Assembly: GCA_951406725.2 (NCBI GenBank)
Contig: OX597814.1
Location: 153,698,001 to 153,762,000, forward strand
Origin: Octopus vulgaris
Taxonomy: Eukaryota
DNA: 64,000 nt
Reading direction: 5' to 3'
Shown here one piece after another: positions 25,661 through 38,640 of the stretch. How positions within the stretch are numbered: position 1 is the first letter of the stretch; every line of letters begins with the position of its first letter. The position numbers and the translations under genes were made by a program. The notes beneath the pieces are model-generated. The model saw only the letters and a program-made list of their open reading frames with translations. It searched no databases and was not told where the DNA came from.

Positions 25661-25764
25661 TCCATATCAGCTCTGATAAGCGTAAAGTTCTATAATCGGA
25701 TTGTTACCTAACACTCCATTGTAATCTTTATGCAAAACGAATTGATAAGGTCAGCTGAGATGGA
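25661..25764 (+). ncRNA. Degenerate type-I hammerhead ribozyme in Penelope-like terminal sequence
   Basis: Stem I tccatatcagct/agctgagatgga; core CTGATAA (G8>A); stem II gcgtaaag..ctttatgc; AAAA (G12>A); C..G-TC cleavage triplet. Confidence 0.7.
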
Positions 25765-26490
25765 CATTTAATACTATAAAATTCAAATAATATACCCACT
25801 CTACTGACAGATATATGAGTGCGTCTTCTCCCTGACTTATGGTCTCTTAGATGACTCACACACACACACACACACACACATACACACATATTATACATGT
25901 AACTCAAGTCATTTCAATAGTTTAATTAGGGTAAGGCGAGTTTGATGTGAGTTGAGTTGGATGGCTGTTAACTCTCCTTATTTTATCTATTTTTTGTCAG
26001 GTCTTGTTTCCCTTCCCACAGGGTGCTCAAAAACCACCCTACTCACCAAGCAGGTTTGGTGTTATCAGTAGCACTCAAGAGAGACCTAATATGTATATTT
26101 TCAAATACAAAATAGAAGCAGTGCTAGTATAATAAATGTTATCAACCACATATACTTAACGTATATATGCTTTGTGCATTTGCCAATTGCCAAATCACAA
26201 CCTACCGGCAAATACATAAAGCATTTATGCCAAGTGTACAAGGTTGATAGTATATATATATATATTATTCTTTTATTTGTGTCAGTTATTTGACTGCAGT
26301 CATGCTAGAGCACTGCCTTTAGTCAAACAAATCGACCCCAGAACTTATTCTTTGTAAGCCTAGTACTTATCCTATCAGTCTCTTTTGCCGAACTGTTGAG
26401 TCATGGGGACATAAACACACCGACATCAGTTGTCAAGCAATGGTTAGGGGACAAACACAGACACACAAATATACACATGCAAACACACAT

Positions 26491-26534
<44 letters not shown>

Positions 26535-26553
26535 ATGCATGCACACATATATA

Positions 26554-28158
26554 CAGTGGGGGGAAATAAATATTCGTACATGTCAAAATTCATTATTTAT
26601 TTAATTTCTAATGAACATAAATGGGATATACCAATACTATATTTGCATACACATGCATAAACTAAGAATATGCAAAAGAAACTAAGTAATTATAGTAACT
26701 AAGGAATTTATATTCAATTATAAATATTTAGGGGTGAAAAAAGTATTCGTACAGAACATAAATAACTGATAATTCTGATTTGATACTTCGTAGCATAACC
26801 ATTATTCAATTCCACTTCAACCAATCTCTTCTTGTAGTTCTTAATCAATGACTCACATGTTTCTTTAGGAATTTTTTCCCATTCTTCTTGATAAATTTTC
26901 TTCAAATCTGCGATGCACGTTGCAGCTCTTGAATGAATTTTAATTTTCAAATAAGGTCACAAATTTTCAATGGGGTTCAAGTCAGGTGAGTGGCTTGGCC
27001 ATTCTAATAATTTCATATTGTGATCAACGATCCATTTTTTGGTAGACTTCGCCGTGTGCTTAGGGTCGTTACCCTATTGTAAAACCCACCCTTCACAAAG
27101 CTGAAGCTTTTCTACAGAGTCCCATAAATTATTGTTCAAAATATTTTGCTACATTCATTCTACCATCTATCACATATAAATTGCCAATACCATTTGTAGA
27201 GAAACACCCCCACACCATGATGTTGCCACCTCCAAACTTTACGGTAGGAATTGTGTTTTTCGGCGAATAGGCGGTACCATCTTTCCTCTAAACATGGCTA
27301 CGCGAATTGCATCCAAACAATTCAATTTTCGACTCGTCTGTCCATAGAACATTTTCCCAGAATGTATCAGATTTATCTTTATGTTCATAAACAAATTTTA
27401 AATGAGCATCTCTATGCCTTTTAGTCAACAGTGGAGTTTTCTAGGAGAGTGTGACTTCAGTTCATTCCTATGAAGTTCATTGCTGATTGTTCGTAGTGTA
27501 ACACTAGTCCCTGAAGCTAACAAATCTTTTTGCAACTCCTTTCTGGTGATCATTGCATTTTTTTTTTCAATTCTTCACTTCATTTTTCTTAAAGATCTAG
27601 GGTAAATCTTGCGTGGTGCACTGGATCTTATTCTGTTTTCAACAGTTCCCGATTTTTTATATCTTTGAATAAATGAAGATATGGTAGAAAATGGAATACA
27701 AAGGGTCTCTGATATTTTCCTGTAACTTTTACCTGCTTCCCACTGTTCAATAATTAAGTTTTTCACTGTATTTGTGAGTTCTTTACTTTTTGCCATTATT
27801 ACGATACTACTTTATGTTGTCTCAATGCTGAATGAAGAAGCTGGTGTTTTGACAATTAAAAATGACAACTGATAGATTATTGGAACAAACGAGTAAGTTC
27901 TAGAATAAAAAAATTATTTTAACAGTATTTTGTGGCATAGAAAATCATAAATTTATTCTGTACAAATACTTTTTTCACCCCTAAATATTTATAATTGTAT
28001 ATAAATTCATTAGTTACTATAATTTATTAGCTTCTTTTGCATATTCTTAGTTTATGCATGTGTATGCAAATATAGTATTGGTATATCCCATTTATGTTCA
28101 TTAGAAATTAAATAAATAAAGAATTTTGACATGTACGAATATTTATTTCCCCCCACTG
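26554..28158 (-). mobile_element. Tc1-like transposon with long IR/DR termini (~210 bp TIRs), inserted in a SINE
   Basis: TA-flanked cagtggggggaaataaatattcgtaca ... tgtacgaatatttatttccccccactg. Minus-strand transposase 27796 to ~26780: [43 protein letters not shown] (DD34E type, with stops). Confidence 0.95.
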
Positions 28159-29368
28159 TATATGATGGGCTTCTTTCAGTTTCTGTCTACCAAATCCACT
28201 CACAAGGCTTTGGTTGGCCCAAAGCTATAGTAGAAGACGTTTTCCCAAGGTACCACACAGTGGGACTGAACCCAGACCCATGTAGTTGGTAAGCAAGCTA
28301 CTTACCACACTGCCACTCCTGTGCCTCTTATATATATATATGATCTCAACTGTGTATATCTTGGTTTTTAGAATAGGTGTGCCATATCCCTGTGTCCTGT
28401 AAGAGGAGATTAAGGGCCGATTGTCAGATTGATAAGAAGAGGACTGGTTGCAAAACACTGCCTCACAAAGTCTCATTCAACCTCTGACAGTATGAAAATA
28501 TATATATAAAAGCAAAGATGATGATGATCATACATATGTTCTGTGTGTGTGTGTGTATGTGTGTAGCCTGATTGGAAAAGTAATTGTTAGGGTTCAGGAA
28601 CCTGGTGGTGACCCTGCAGACCACAACTAGATTTCTTGGATCCTAGTGGCTACTCTTGACATAAACTGGTTTCAAACCAGCGAGGAAGCTTCTATAGGAT
28701 CACTCAACCTGCTAGAAATAGAACCCAAACCCCTTTGATATCATACCCTACCATTTTAAGAAAAGGAGGGACACATTGGAATACATAGTCTTAGATACCC
28801 TATAACTGAAGGCAAAAAAATGAAATAGTCACTGCTGGAATGTCTCTAATCACAGTCTGCTGATTAAGGCAGACATCCTGGGGCCAAACAGCAGCAGCAG
28901 CAACAACAACTGGTTTTTAGGATTACATTTTTCTCCTTTCTAACTTTTCAGTATCACCATGACTGAGGTGGCTCTGCTCCACAAACTTACTTTCCTATGA
29001 ACAATAAATAATATCACAACTACTTGTTAAACAATTTTGTTTCGAAATAGAAAACAGATGGTATATATTTTTCATCTTCTGCAAATAAAGAAGTAAAGAA
29101 AGCTAGAATATCAAAATGTTCATTATGCACAAATGAAGTTCTAATTAGAGAATCAAGCTATTTTCATATTGTTTCTTCCCAGTAATGATCACAAACTTAT
29201 TACTTTATAAATAATCTATCAAGCTGTATTAAACCAGATATCTTCCTAAAAAGAGATAATTTATATCCATACAAACATTTATCCATCCTTGCACCAACAC
29301 ACACACACACACACACGCACGCACGCACGCACGCACGCATGCACGCATGCACACACACACGCACACAC

Positions 29369-29418
<50 letters not shown>

Positions 29419-30265
29419 CATAGTATATGTATAGTATTGTTTTCTGCTTCCTAACAGTTTGCCAAATCTCAGACATAACATAAGATAGATATGAAAATTA
29501 AATGCTGAAGGAATTTACAAATGGTTCCAAAAATAAATTTTTGGCACTACATAGTATAATAATTTCTCTAAAGACAATTTCTAAAATTATCTTCAAGAAC
29601 AGCTATGCATTATAAGAGCAGTGAACTTATGTTGCAAATTTAGCTTCTTCACTCTCCATCTACTGTCTCAACTACTCTGCAGTTTTAATTGCAAAACCAT
29701 TCTGAAAAGATAATTGACAAGAGAACAGCAAGCAGTCTGTTACAATAAAGTTTACAACAGAAATGGCATTTTCAGACAAGTGTCATCTCAGGGGAGATTA
29801 CTCCACATCATTCCTGGAGCATAAACGTAATATTTCACAACTTATACCATGTTGAGTGATTGTCACCACCTGATTAGACTTTTAACACTTTCAAACACAA
29901 AAATACATTCTTTTAATTTCTAATTGAAGCATTTTCCCCCCTCTTACATTTTCATTTTTGAAATACTATTCTTAATTAAAACTATAAAATATTATCAAGA
30001 TTTGTTCATAAAAAAATAAAATGCTATAAAATGTAGAAAAACACAAATTTGAGGAAATATTTTACACACACACACACACACACACGCACGCACACACATG
30101 TGTGTGTGTAGGTATGGTGATGCAAACAGGAAAAAAAGAACTCAAAATATATGCATATTTTTATTAATATTTAGCAGAAGCAACAGATTAACTCAAGAGC
30201 TGTTGGCAACAAGCCTTGAGTCACTCTGCTGCTTCTGCTAAATATTAATAAATAAAGATATATAT

Positions 30266-30369
<104 letters not shown>

Positions 30370-31037
30370 ATCCTTTAGCATTTTAAAGAAACTAGTTATT
30401 AGTAATTTATCTTTTTCAAATGTATTGTACAAATTCAATTCATCCTTTAGTAGGGTCTTTTTTTATAAGTGACTCAGAGGAGGTGGGGCAATGCCATATG
30501 ATTTTAGGAGGCCCTCTCAGACTGGAAGAGGCGTTCCAGTAGGCACATACAAACAAACCAATTCATCACCATCTTAACCATTATCGTTGTCATCTTTAGG
30601 TCCACTTTTTACATGTTGGTATGGGACTGAAGAAGAATTTCTGAGGCAATATTCTTTAACCAGATTCCTTTTCTGAGATTTAACCTTAACTATTTTCATA
30701 TAAGGTATTTTATTCCACTATTCTTTGCCCAAGCATCTAGGGTAAATATTGACTATGTGGGACATAAACAAATTTCACTGTTGGTAAAGGCGTGTCAATG
30801 CAATGGGGGGACAGACACATAAACACACCAATGTATGTACATCCCACCCCAGATGTCCTTATTCACATGCACACACATAGTTGTAGATGTGACTGTGGGG
30901 TTAAGTTCATTTCACATCCATGGAAACTAACAACATAACTTGTATGAGCATGCTGCTTGTTTACAACCACCACATAATGTCAAAATAAGGGCACACATGT
31001 ATGTATGTATGTATGTATGTATGTATGTATGTATGTA

Positions 31038-31087
<50 letters not shown>

Positions 31088-33139
31088 TATATATATATAT
31101 GTATATATACGTCTCTATACACACACACTCACACACACACACGCGCGCGCGCGCATGCACTCAATGGGTTACTCTCTACCAAATCCACAAACAAAGCTTT
31201 GGTTGATCCAATACTTCAGTTGAAGACACTTGCCCAAATTGCTCTGCAGTGGGACTGAACCCAAAGCTTCTTAGTCACACAGCCATACCTGTGTCTCTAT
31301 TAATTATATTACTACACTAGTTAAGGCCAAGCTGACAGAACTGTTAGCATATGAGGCAAATTGCTAAAAGCATTTCATCTGTTTTTATGTTCTGATTTCA
31401 AATTCTGCCAAAGTTAACTTTGCCTTTTGTCCTTTCAGGGTCAATAAAATAAGTATCAGTTAAGCACTGGAGTCTACGTAACCAACTTACTTTCTTTCCC
31501 AAAATTGCTGGCCCTGTGCCAAAATTTAAAACCATTATTACTATACCAGTCATTAATATCAACAAACCAAATTATTTATCATGAAAAGACAATAGTTACT
31601 GGAGAGTGAATGCTATTGACCAGTCTTAGCCAAGTTAAGTCTAAGGATGAGTTTAATGATAATATACAGACTCGGTTGTCAGGTTGTCTGTAAGGTGTTC
31701 CAGATGGAGTTGATAGATAATCCACACCTTGAGGTGTTAAGTTATTTAAAGATATGATACTGCTTGTTGTCTCTCATTTATCTAGCACTGTATATGTATT
31801 GGTAGCTATGCATATTTTCTATTATTTAAGTTTGTATGTGCTTAATAGTTGTCAGTATGTTTATTTTGAGAATAGAAACATTGGTTTGAACTTCTTACTT
31901 TATCAATCACAACTTAGTTACAAGGAAACAAAGAAATGGAAAAAGAGAAAAGGGTGGGATTAAGCAGTAGAAGATGGAGGGGAAGGGAGCAGCTGGCCAC
32001 ACAACCTACAACAAATGGCATGTGCAGCCATTCCCCGTAGTTATGACTGCCATGATGTTGCTGTGGAGAATGGCCAGTGACATTCACTGCAGCAACCACT
32101 CCAGTTTGTGGGGTTCATTTCTCAGATGGATCATCATTATCCTGATTTTGTAGAGGCAATCGGTAGTGTGGGGTCTGTTTACTTTTGTTATTGCCTATAT
32201 GTTTATATAAATAGCCATAATTCTATTTCCCCACACACAAAAATAACAGATAGAAAAATTTATGTCCAGATGTTGTTTTGTCCAAGGTCAGATCTTATTC
32301 AACAAACATATGATCAAAGGCATTCCAACCATGGCCATTTATGCTGTCATTTTCTTTCAAACTTGGAACTACATAAACCAATGTGTCCTTCCATATTCAA
32401 GAAAATAAGATGTGATTAGAAAGGAATATGCTTGCTATTTCTAGCAAGTTAAATGATTATACAGAGGTTTCCTTGTTGGTAATATAAATTTCTTATATTA
32501 ATATGATGCTACAAATGTTGGAGGTGTTGGGATAGTCAATTAAATCCTTCCCAGTATTGGTTGATATTTTATTTGAGTCACTCTCCAGAAAAGGGTCAAT
32601 AAAATGAAATCAAAGCAAAGTTGAGAACCATGGAATTTGAACTCAACATAAGAGGCCATGACTAAATGCCATAACGCTTTAATAATCTGCTAATCTACTA
32701 ATATTGGTCTGCATTTTAAGGTGGAAAGCTGGCAGAATCTTTAGCATATCAGGCAAAATGCTTAGCAGCATTTCATCTATCTTTATGCTCTTAGTTCAAA
32801 TTATGCCAGAGCTGACTCTGCCTTTCATCCTTTCGGGGTGGATAAAATAAGCACTTGTTGAGCACTAGGGTCAACATAATTGTCTTAAACCATCTCCCCA
32901 AAATTTCTGGCCTTATGCTACAATTTGAAACCAATATTGGTCTATATTTTGATGGAGAAAAGATATTAAATTGATCTGTCTAAGTTTCACAATTTATTCT
33001 GATCTCTGTTAATGAAAAAGTAGTAAAGATTTAACAAAGTTTTATCTTATGAAATTCATCATCATATATTTCTAAGTAAATGAAATACTGTTGAAGGAAA
33101 AAGACTACCTTTAATAGGCTTATCCTTATGATATTAAAC

Positions 33140-33553
33140 CAGGGTCAGATTAACATACAGAGGCCCTAAGCACTTAAAAGATTTTGGTGCCTCCATATAT
33201 GTAATTCAAAATATAAACAATAATAAAGCATAAAATAAAACTTTTAGTTTTCAAAATGCAACCAAACTAAGAGTAAGATGGAAAATAATGCTTATTTTTG
33301 AATACTTCCACTTTATTTATAATCAAAAATGTTTTCCTTTTTTTAATTACAAAGTCTTTGATCAGATCCTTACTATAACACTTCAAAATTATATTTTCGA
33401 TCATATAAACCACTTTGGATATTATTTCAGCAACTTTAAAATGATTTGATTTCTTTTGTGATGTAAATCATTTGTTATTTCTATGGTGCCCCCATCACCT
33501 CCTTTAATGCCCTAAGCACATGCTTATTTTGCGTAGTGGTTAATCCAATGCTG
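33140..33553. mobile_element. hAT-type MITE
   Basis: TIRs cagggtcagattaac / gttaatccaatgctg. 8 bp TSD tattaaac / tactaaac. Confidence 0.75.
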
Positions 33554-33564
33554 TACTAAACAAC

Positions 33565-33845
33565 ATGAGACCACTTCTGATTCTATGACACCACATCATC
33601 TACAAACACCTCTGTTTCTATCATACCAAACCATCTGAGACAATCCCTAGTTCTAAGAGAGCAATTCATATGAGAACATCTCTTGTTCTATGATGTTAAT
33701 CAACTGGAAAACACTCTCGATTCTATGATACCAAAATATCAGAGACCGCCTCTGGTTCTGTAAAACTGACTTCTTCCTTGAGATCACTCTGGTTCTATGG
33801 TACTAAGCCATATGAGACCATCTTTGGTTCTGTGATGCAAAGCCT
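33565..33845. repeat. Degenerate ~35 bp minisatellite, ~8 units
   Basis: Consensus approximately tgagaccacctctggttctatgataccaaaccatc. Confidence 0.75.
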
Positions 33846-33932
33846 TCCATTTCAACAATGCTATATTTAAATTAAAGATCTCTCTTTGCAATTTTTTTGT
33901 TTAGTTTTGATCCAGATATCAACTTAACCATA

Positions 33933-34298
33933 AAACAAGGGCGCTCATAAAGCATAAACCTCAACCAAGGCAACACCAGCGTCCTCTCAACAATTAACCA
34001 AAGAGGATTTTTAAAATGAGAGTATCTAAAATAAACTCAACTGCTCTCACAAATAAAAATACTAAAAATTAAACCGACTGCTCTCAAAAATTAAGTTAAA
34101 AAAATGGAAAAATAATCCAGAAGCCTTGTCTGGTACCAGATCAATCCCAAAATTTAATCAGTTTGTGCCAGTCACAAAGCCAAACATTCCTGAAAATTTC
34201 ATCTGAATTCATCCAGTGGTTCTTGAGATATCTTGTCTACAGAAGAAAAAAACACGACTGAAAGCAATACCTCCCCCTTTGCTAAGGCAGAGGTAATA
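33933..34298 (-). mobile_element. Helentron-associated (HINE/DINE-1-like) non-autonomous element
   Basis: Terminal stem-loop tacctccccctttgctaaggcagaggta, aacaag...agcataaacct at the other end, and an internal aaatttcatctgaattcatccagtggttcttgagatatc motif typical of HINEs. Confidence 0.55.
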
Positions 34299-36059
34299 AA
34301 CAATAGAATCCAAAGAAAAAGTGCTGGTTGTTGTTAGTAATGCATGAGTAATTAGTAATGAGGATAGAATCAATTGTTTACTGTGTGAAAAAGGAAGATA
34401 TTAAGGTTTTGGACACAAAGAGAGTGATGGTATCTGATGGGCACTGTATACAATAAACTGGAGGGGTCGGGGTAAAGTCCCAGAAATTCTAATTAATAAC
34501 GTAAATGACAGGATACAAGGAAACTAGTGGTGATCTGAATTTATCAAAAGATACAGGCTGTGCCCTTTGTTAGAAAACTAGTAATAAATGAGTTATTAAA
34601 TTATATCATCAACATCATTGTTTTAACATCCACTTTTCTATGCTCACATGGATTGAATGGAATTTGGTGAGGTAGATTTTCTATGGCCAGATGCTCTCCC
34701 TGTCACAAACCCTACCTGTTTTTAAGTAAGGTAATATTTTCCTACAACCAGACATGTTTTCACAGAATATTGGAAATGAAGGACACTTTTTGCATTATGC
34801 TGACAATCATATACAACTATCTCATGTTGTCAAGAAGACAGTAACATGCAGATGCACACACACACACACACATGCATGCATATATATATATATATATATA
34901 GATAGATAAATAAGTAGATAGATGTGTGTGTGCATGTGTGTGTACAATGAGCTTCTTTCAGTTTTCTGTGTACCAAATACACCTCCACGGCTTTGGTTGT
35001 TTGGTCAGCCTGGGGCTATACTATAAGACGTTTTGCCCAAGGTGGCAAACAGTGGGAATGAACTTAGGACCATGGGGTTGGGAAGCAAGCAAATTCTTAC
35101 CACAGTTATGCATGCACCAAAGTGTGTGTGTGTGTGTGAATATTATTTTAATGTATTTTTAGCGATGCGTGTATTGATGGTGTGACCCTATACTGAAAGT
35201 AGAATCAACTTTATTTATTGTGAAACTGAAGTGGAATGGGGATATAAGAACTATCAAATTACTCATTATCATTTGCAGTTACATTACCACCCCATTATTA
35301 GCTAGTATGAAATTTACCATAAGTAATACTTTTATTCATTTAACTAATTACTCTAAAGTAATTAGTTGAATTTTTTCATTTAATTTATATTAATCATTCC
35401 AGAGGCTTCTAATGGCATTGAATAATTCAATCACTCTTAATAACAAACAGATTCATAAAATACTTGTAATGTTCATTAATATATCATATATTTTAAATTG
35501 TAATTCTAATATACAATATAATAACCACAAATGAGATTTTGATGAAGAATTTTAAAAATGTAAACTTATAGAAGTCCTATCCTATGATGGACATATATGC
35601 ACACGTTTGTTTTAGAAACTGACATCCACTCCCAAACCCACATATACACCTATATTTTACCTTTATCTTATACGTGTTTCAGTTGTTGGACTGTGGCCAT
35701 GCTGAGGCACTGCGTTGAAGTGATTAGTTGAAAAAATGAACTCCAGTGCTTACTATTTTTTATGTAAATACTATTGATTTCTTTTGCTGAACTGCTAAGT
35801 TATAGGGGCATAAACAAAACCAACACAGGTTGTTAGGCAGTGGTAGGAAGACAAACATAAAAACACTCACACACAGACACACGCACACACACATACACAC
35901 ACACACACACACATACACACATATGATGGGCTTCCACACAGTTTCTATCGAATAAATTTGCTCACAAGACATTGATCTGCCTGGGGCTTTAGTAGCAGGC
36001 ACTTTTCCAAAGAGCAGTGCAGTGAGACTGAACTCAAAGTCACATTGCTACAAGTGGAA

Positions 36060-38325
36060 TTCCACACAAAGTCTACAAGAACTGTTCAAAGCTACTCCAT
36101 TCGCTTTAAGAAGGCCCTGAACATGATCTGAAGGAAAGAGAAGATTGTCCAATCATGGAGATATGCTGAAGGGATATACATACCCAAAGAGGTGAGGGCT
36201 GAGAATATCAACCAATTTTGCATTATCTCTTTTCTCAATGTGGAATAAGATTTTTTTTTCAGGATTGTGTCCAAAAAACAGTTTTCTGCTGAACAATAAA
36301 TACATCAGTACAGAAAGGAAGTATACTAGGTCTCTAGTTCCCTTGAAAACACAAGAAAGGAGTGGGTGGAGGTTAGATGTGCTGTGGCTGGGTCTGACAA
36401 TGCTTGTGGCACAATATCACATAAGCTATTTGAATTTTCAACTATGTATTCCCAGAAAGTAAAAGGCTGCCTTGTGGACTACTACAGTAAGTCCAGACTG
36501 GGGGGGGGGGTTACTCTGGTCACATGACATCTGACTTGTGTCAACTAGAATTGTGTGGGGATATTAACTGAGTGCAGTATCTCAGTGTCTCTTTTTATGT
36601 TTGCAAGAGTCATGTTAACCAAGTCAGCAGAGAAGGCATGCTGGGATCCACACAGCCAGACAGATGTAAGGCAATCATCCATCAGAGCTTTCATGGACGA
36701 CCTCATGGTGACAACAACAATAATGCTGAGAGATAAGTGGATCCTCCATGAACTTGAGAAGTTTGTGGCATGGGAATGAGTTGCATGTCAGTTATATGAA
36801 ATTACATGTCAGTGTACTTCATTTTTTTTCTTTTTTCTTTTTTTCTTTTTTCTTTTTTTCTTTCTGTTAAGATTATATAGGACTGAGGTAACTCCTCCAG
36901 AAGTTATAGAGAAATAAATAGAAGTGTGCCATAGTTATCATGTGAAATTTGTTGAACGATATTTCGGCATCTAGCATGCCTTCTACAGGTTCAAAAATTA
37001 CATGTCAGTCTACTTCATTTTTCATTTTTTTGTTTAGATTATATGAATTAGAGAAGCTTGTGGTATGGATGAGTTTCAAATCTGCCAAGTTTTGGTGCAT
37101 GGTTTTGAAGAAAGAAAATGTTGCCAATGAATTTTACTTCAAGGTAGGAGAATATCAGATCCTATCTATTATAGAAAAACCTGTCTTGGGAAGGTCCTCA
37201 ACTGCAATCTAAAAGACACTGACTCAATTAAAGCAAGCAGGGCAGACTTGGAAAGCTGCCTGAGAGCTGCAAGCAAGTCTGGTTTACCAGGTGGATTAAA
37301 GGCTTGGGTAAACTAAAATGGTGTCTTTCCAAGAATACGCTGTCTGTGACATCCTCTTGTCTGTGACATCCTCAATGACAGTAGTAAGGGCTTAGAGCAC
37401 ATGGCCAGTAGCCACCTTTGCAGATGTGAGTTTGTTACACAGTTTGAGCAGTATTGTGCTGTATGAAAGCAGAAACAAGCACAAGTTCTCATTCAGTTCT
37501 GTCAGAGAGGAATTCATGATGTTGCATGTATAAGAACACCTGCAGAACCCCAGTTCTAGAGACACCAAGGTGTTGTGCAGGGATTGTAGTGAGAACAAGG
37601 AGTAAGTAGAAAGCAGCCAAGCTGGACCAGCTGGCAGTGGAGCAGCTAAAATGCAAAGCCCAACTTTGGAGGGCATGGCAGGATTGGATTTAGAAGTTTG
37701 ACAACAACCCATTATGATGTGGTTAGCAAGAAGAAGAGGTGGAAGTAAGTGCAGGAGGAGACACAAACATATGTGGAGGAAGGGCAAGCAAGCAGAGTAG
37801 CTATGTAGAAACAGGATGCCCGAAGGATGTGGAAGTAGGCAGTGGAGTGGAATGTCACTCGGAAGTGGGACCTACAAAGGATCAATTTCTTTATCCAAGA
37901 GGTTTATTATGCCCTTCCCAACCCATTAACTTATTTACATGGGGCTTAGTAGAAATTCCTGCATTACTCTTGAATTCTGAGAACATCTTAAGCAGATGCT
38001 CCAAGGTACTGAGTGAAGGACCATCACTGGAGACATGAACAGGTCCTCAAGAGTATCACTGAAGCAACCAGCAAGAAGTTCAGAAAAAAAGTGCTGGCTC
38101 TATAGCCTGGAGTAAAACCTTTATTATCAAGAAGGGAGAGAAGCCAATGAAAAAGCCCAAAAGCAGCTCTGGGGTATTATTTTCCATAGTATGGGACATG
38201 GGGATGTAAGCTGATAAAATCCCATTCACAAGGTGACTAAAGTATATCCAAGTTGTTTATACAGTGACATCAAACCCAGAGCTCTATAGTGAATTTCTTA
38301 ACCACATAGTCATGACTGCACTAGT
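36060..38325 (+). mobile_element. Decayed Hero (R2-superfamily) non-LTR retrotransposon, RT to zinc knuckle
   Basis: HKVYKNCSKLL, WRYAEGIYIPKE..NINQFCIISFLNVE, IRAFMDDLMVTTT..WILHELEKFVAW, MSFKSAK..VLKK, ENILSRCSKVLSEG. Truncated before the PD..D nuclease motif. Confidence 0.82.
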
Positions 38326-38327
38326 GT

Positions 38328-38368
<41 letters not shown>

Positions 38369-38396
38369 GGTGTTGGTGGTGTTGGTGGTGGTGGTG

Positions 38397-38438
<42 letters not shown>
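38328..38438. repeat. (TAG)n-(GGT)n-(TAG)n compound trinucleotide repeat
   Basis: Directly visible; source of the poly-S/G/V/H/Y artefact ORFs. Confidence 0.95.
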
Positions 38439-38640
38439 AGAAGTTGGATCTGGGACCTGGAGATCTCCATTTCCAGCGACTTTGAGGGCCATCACCCAGT
38501 GGTATCGGGCGTCAACGAAGAGCCCTCGACTACAACAAGACGACCAAAGTTTTTTTTTTCCAAGGTCTGGGGTCTCCCGCCCCTAAGCCCTAGACCATCA
38601 CCTAATCACCCTTACCCATTTTGTTGCCTAACAACAACAG
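38438..38640 (+). repeat. Unassigned ~200 bp dispersed repeat, copy 2
   Basis: Colinear and highly similar to 23358-23560; retains more CpGs. Confidence 0.85.

Noticed and set aside
28951-29080. Overlapping splice-like signals on both strands
   Set aside because: The plus-strand donor is weak and the minus-strand exon has stops in all frames; indistinguishable from chance in AT-rich DNA.
31914-32160. GC-richer non-repeat patch with a 61 aa ORF
   Set aside because: No splice signals or homology that I can recognise.
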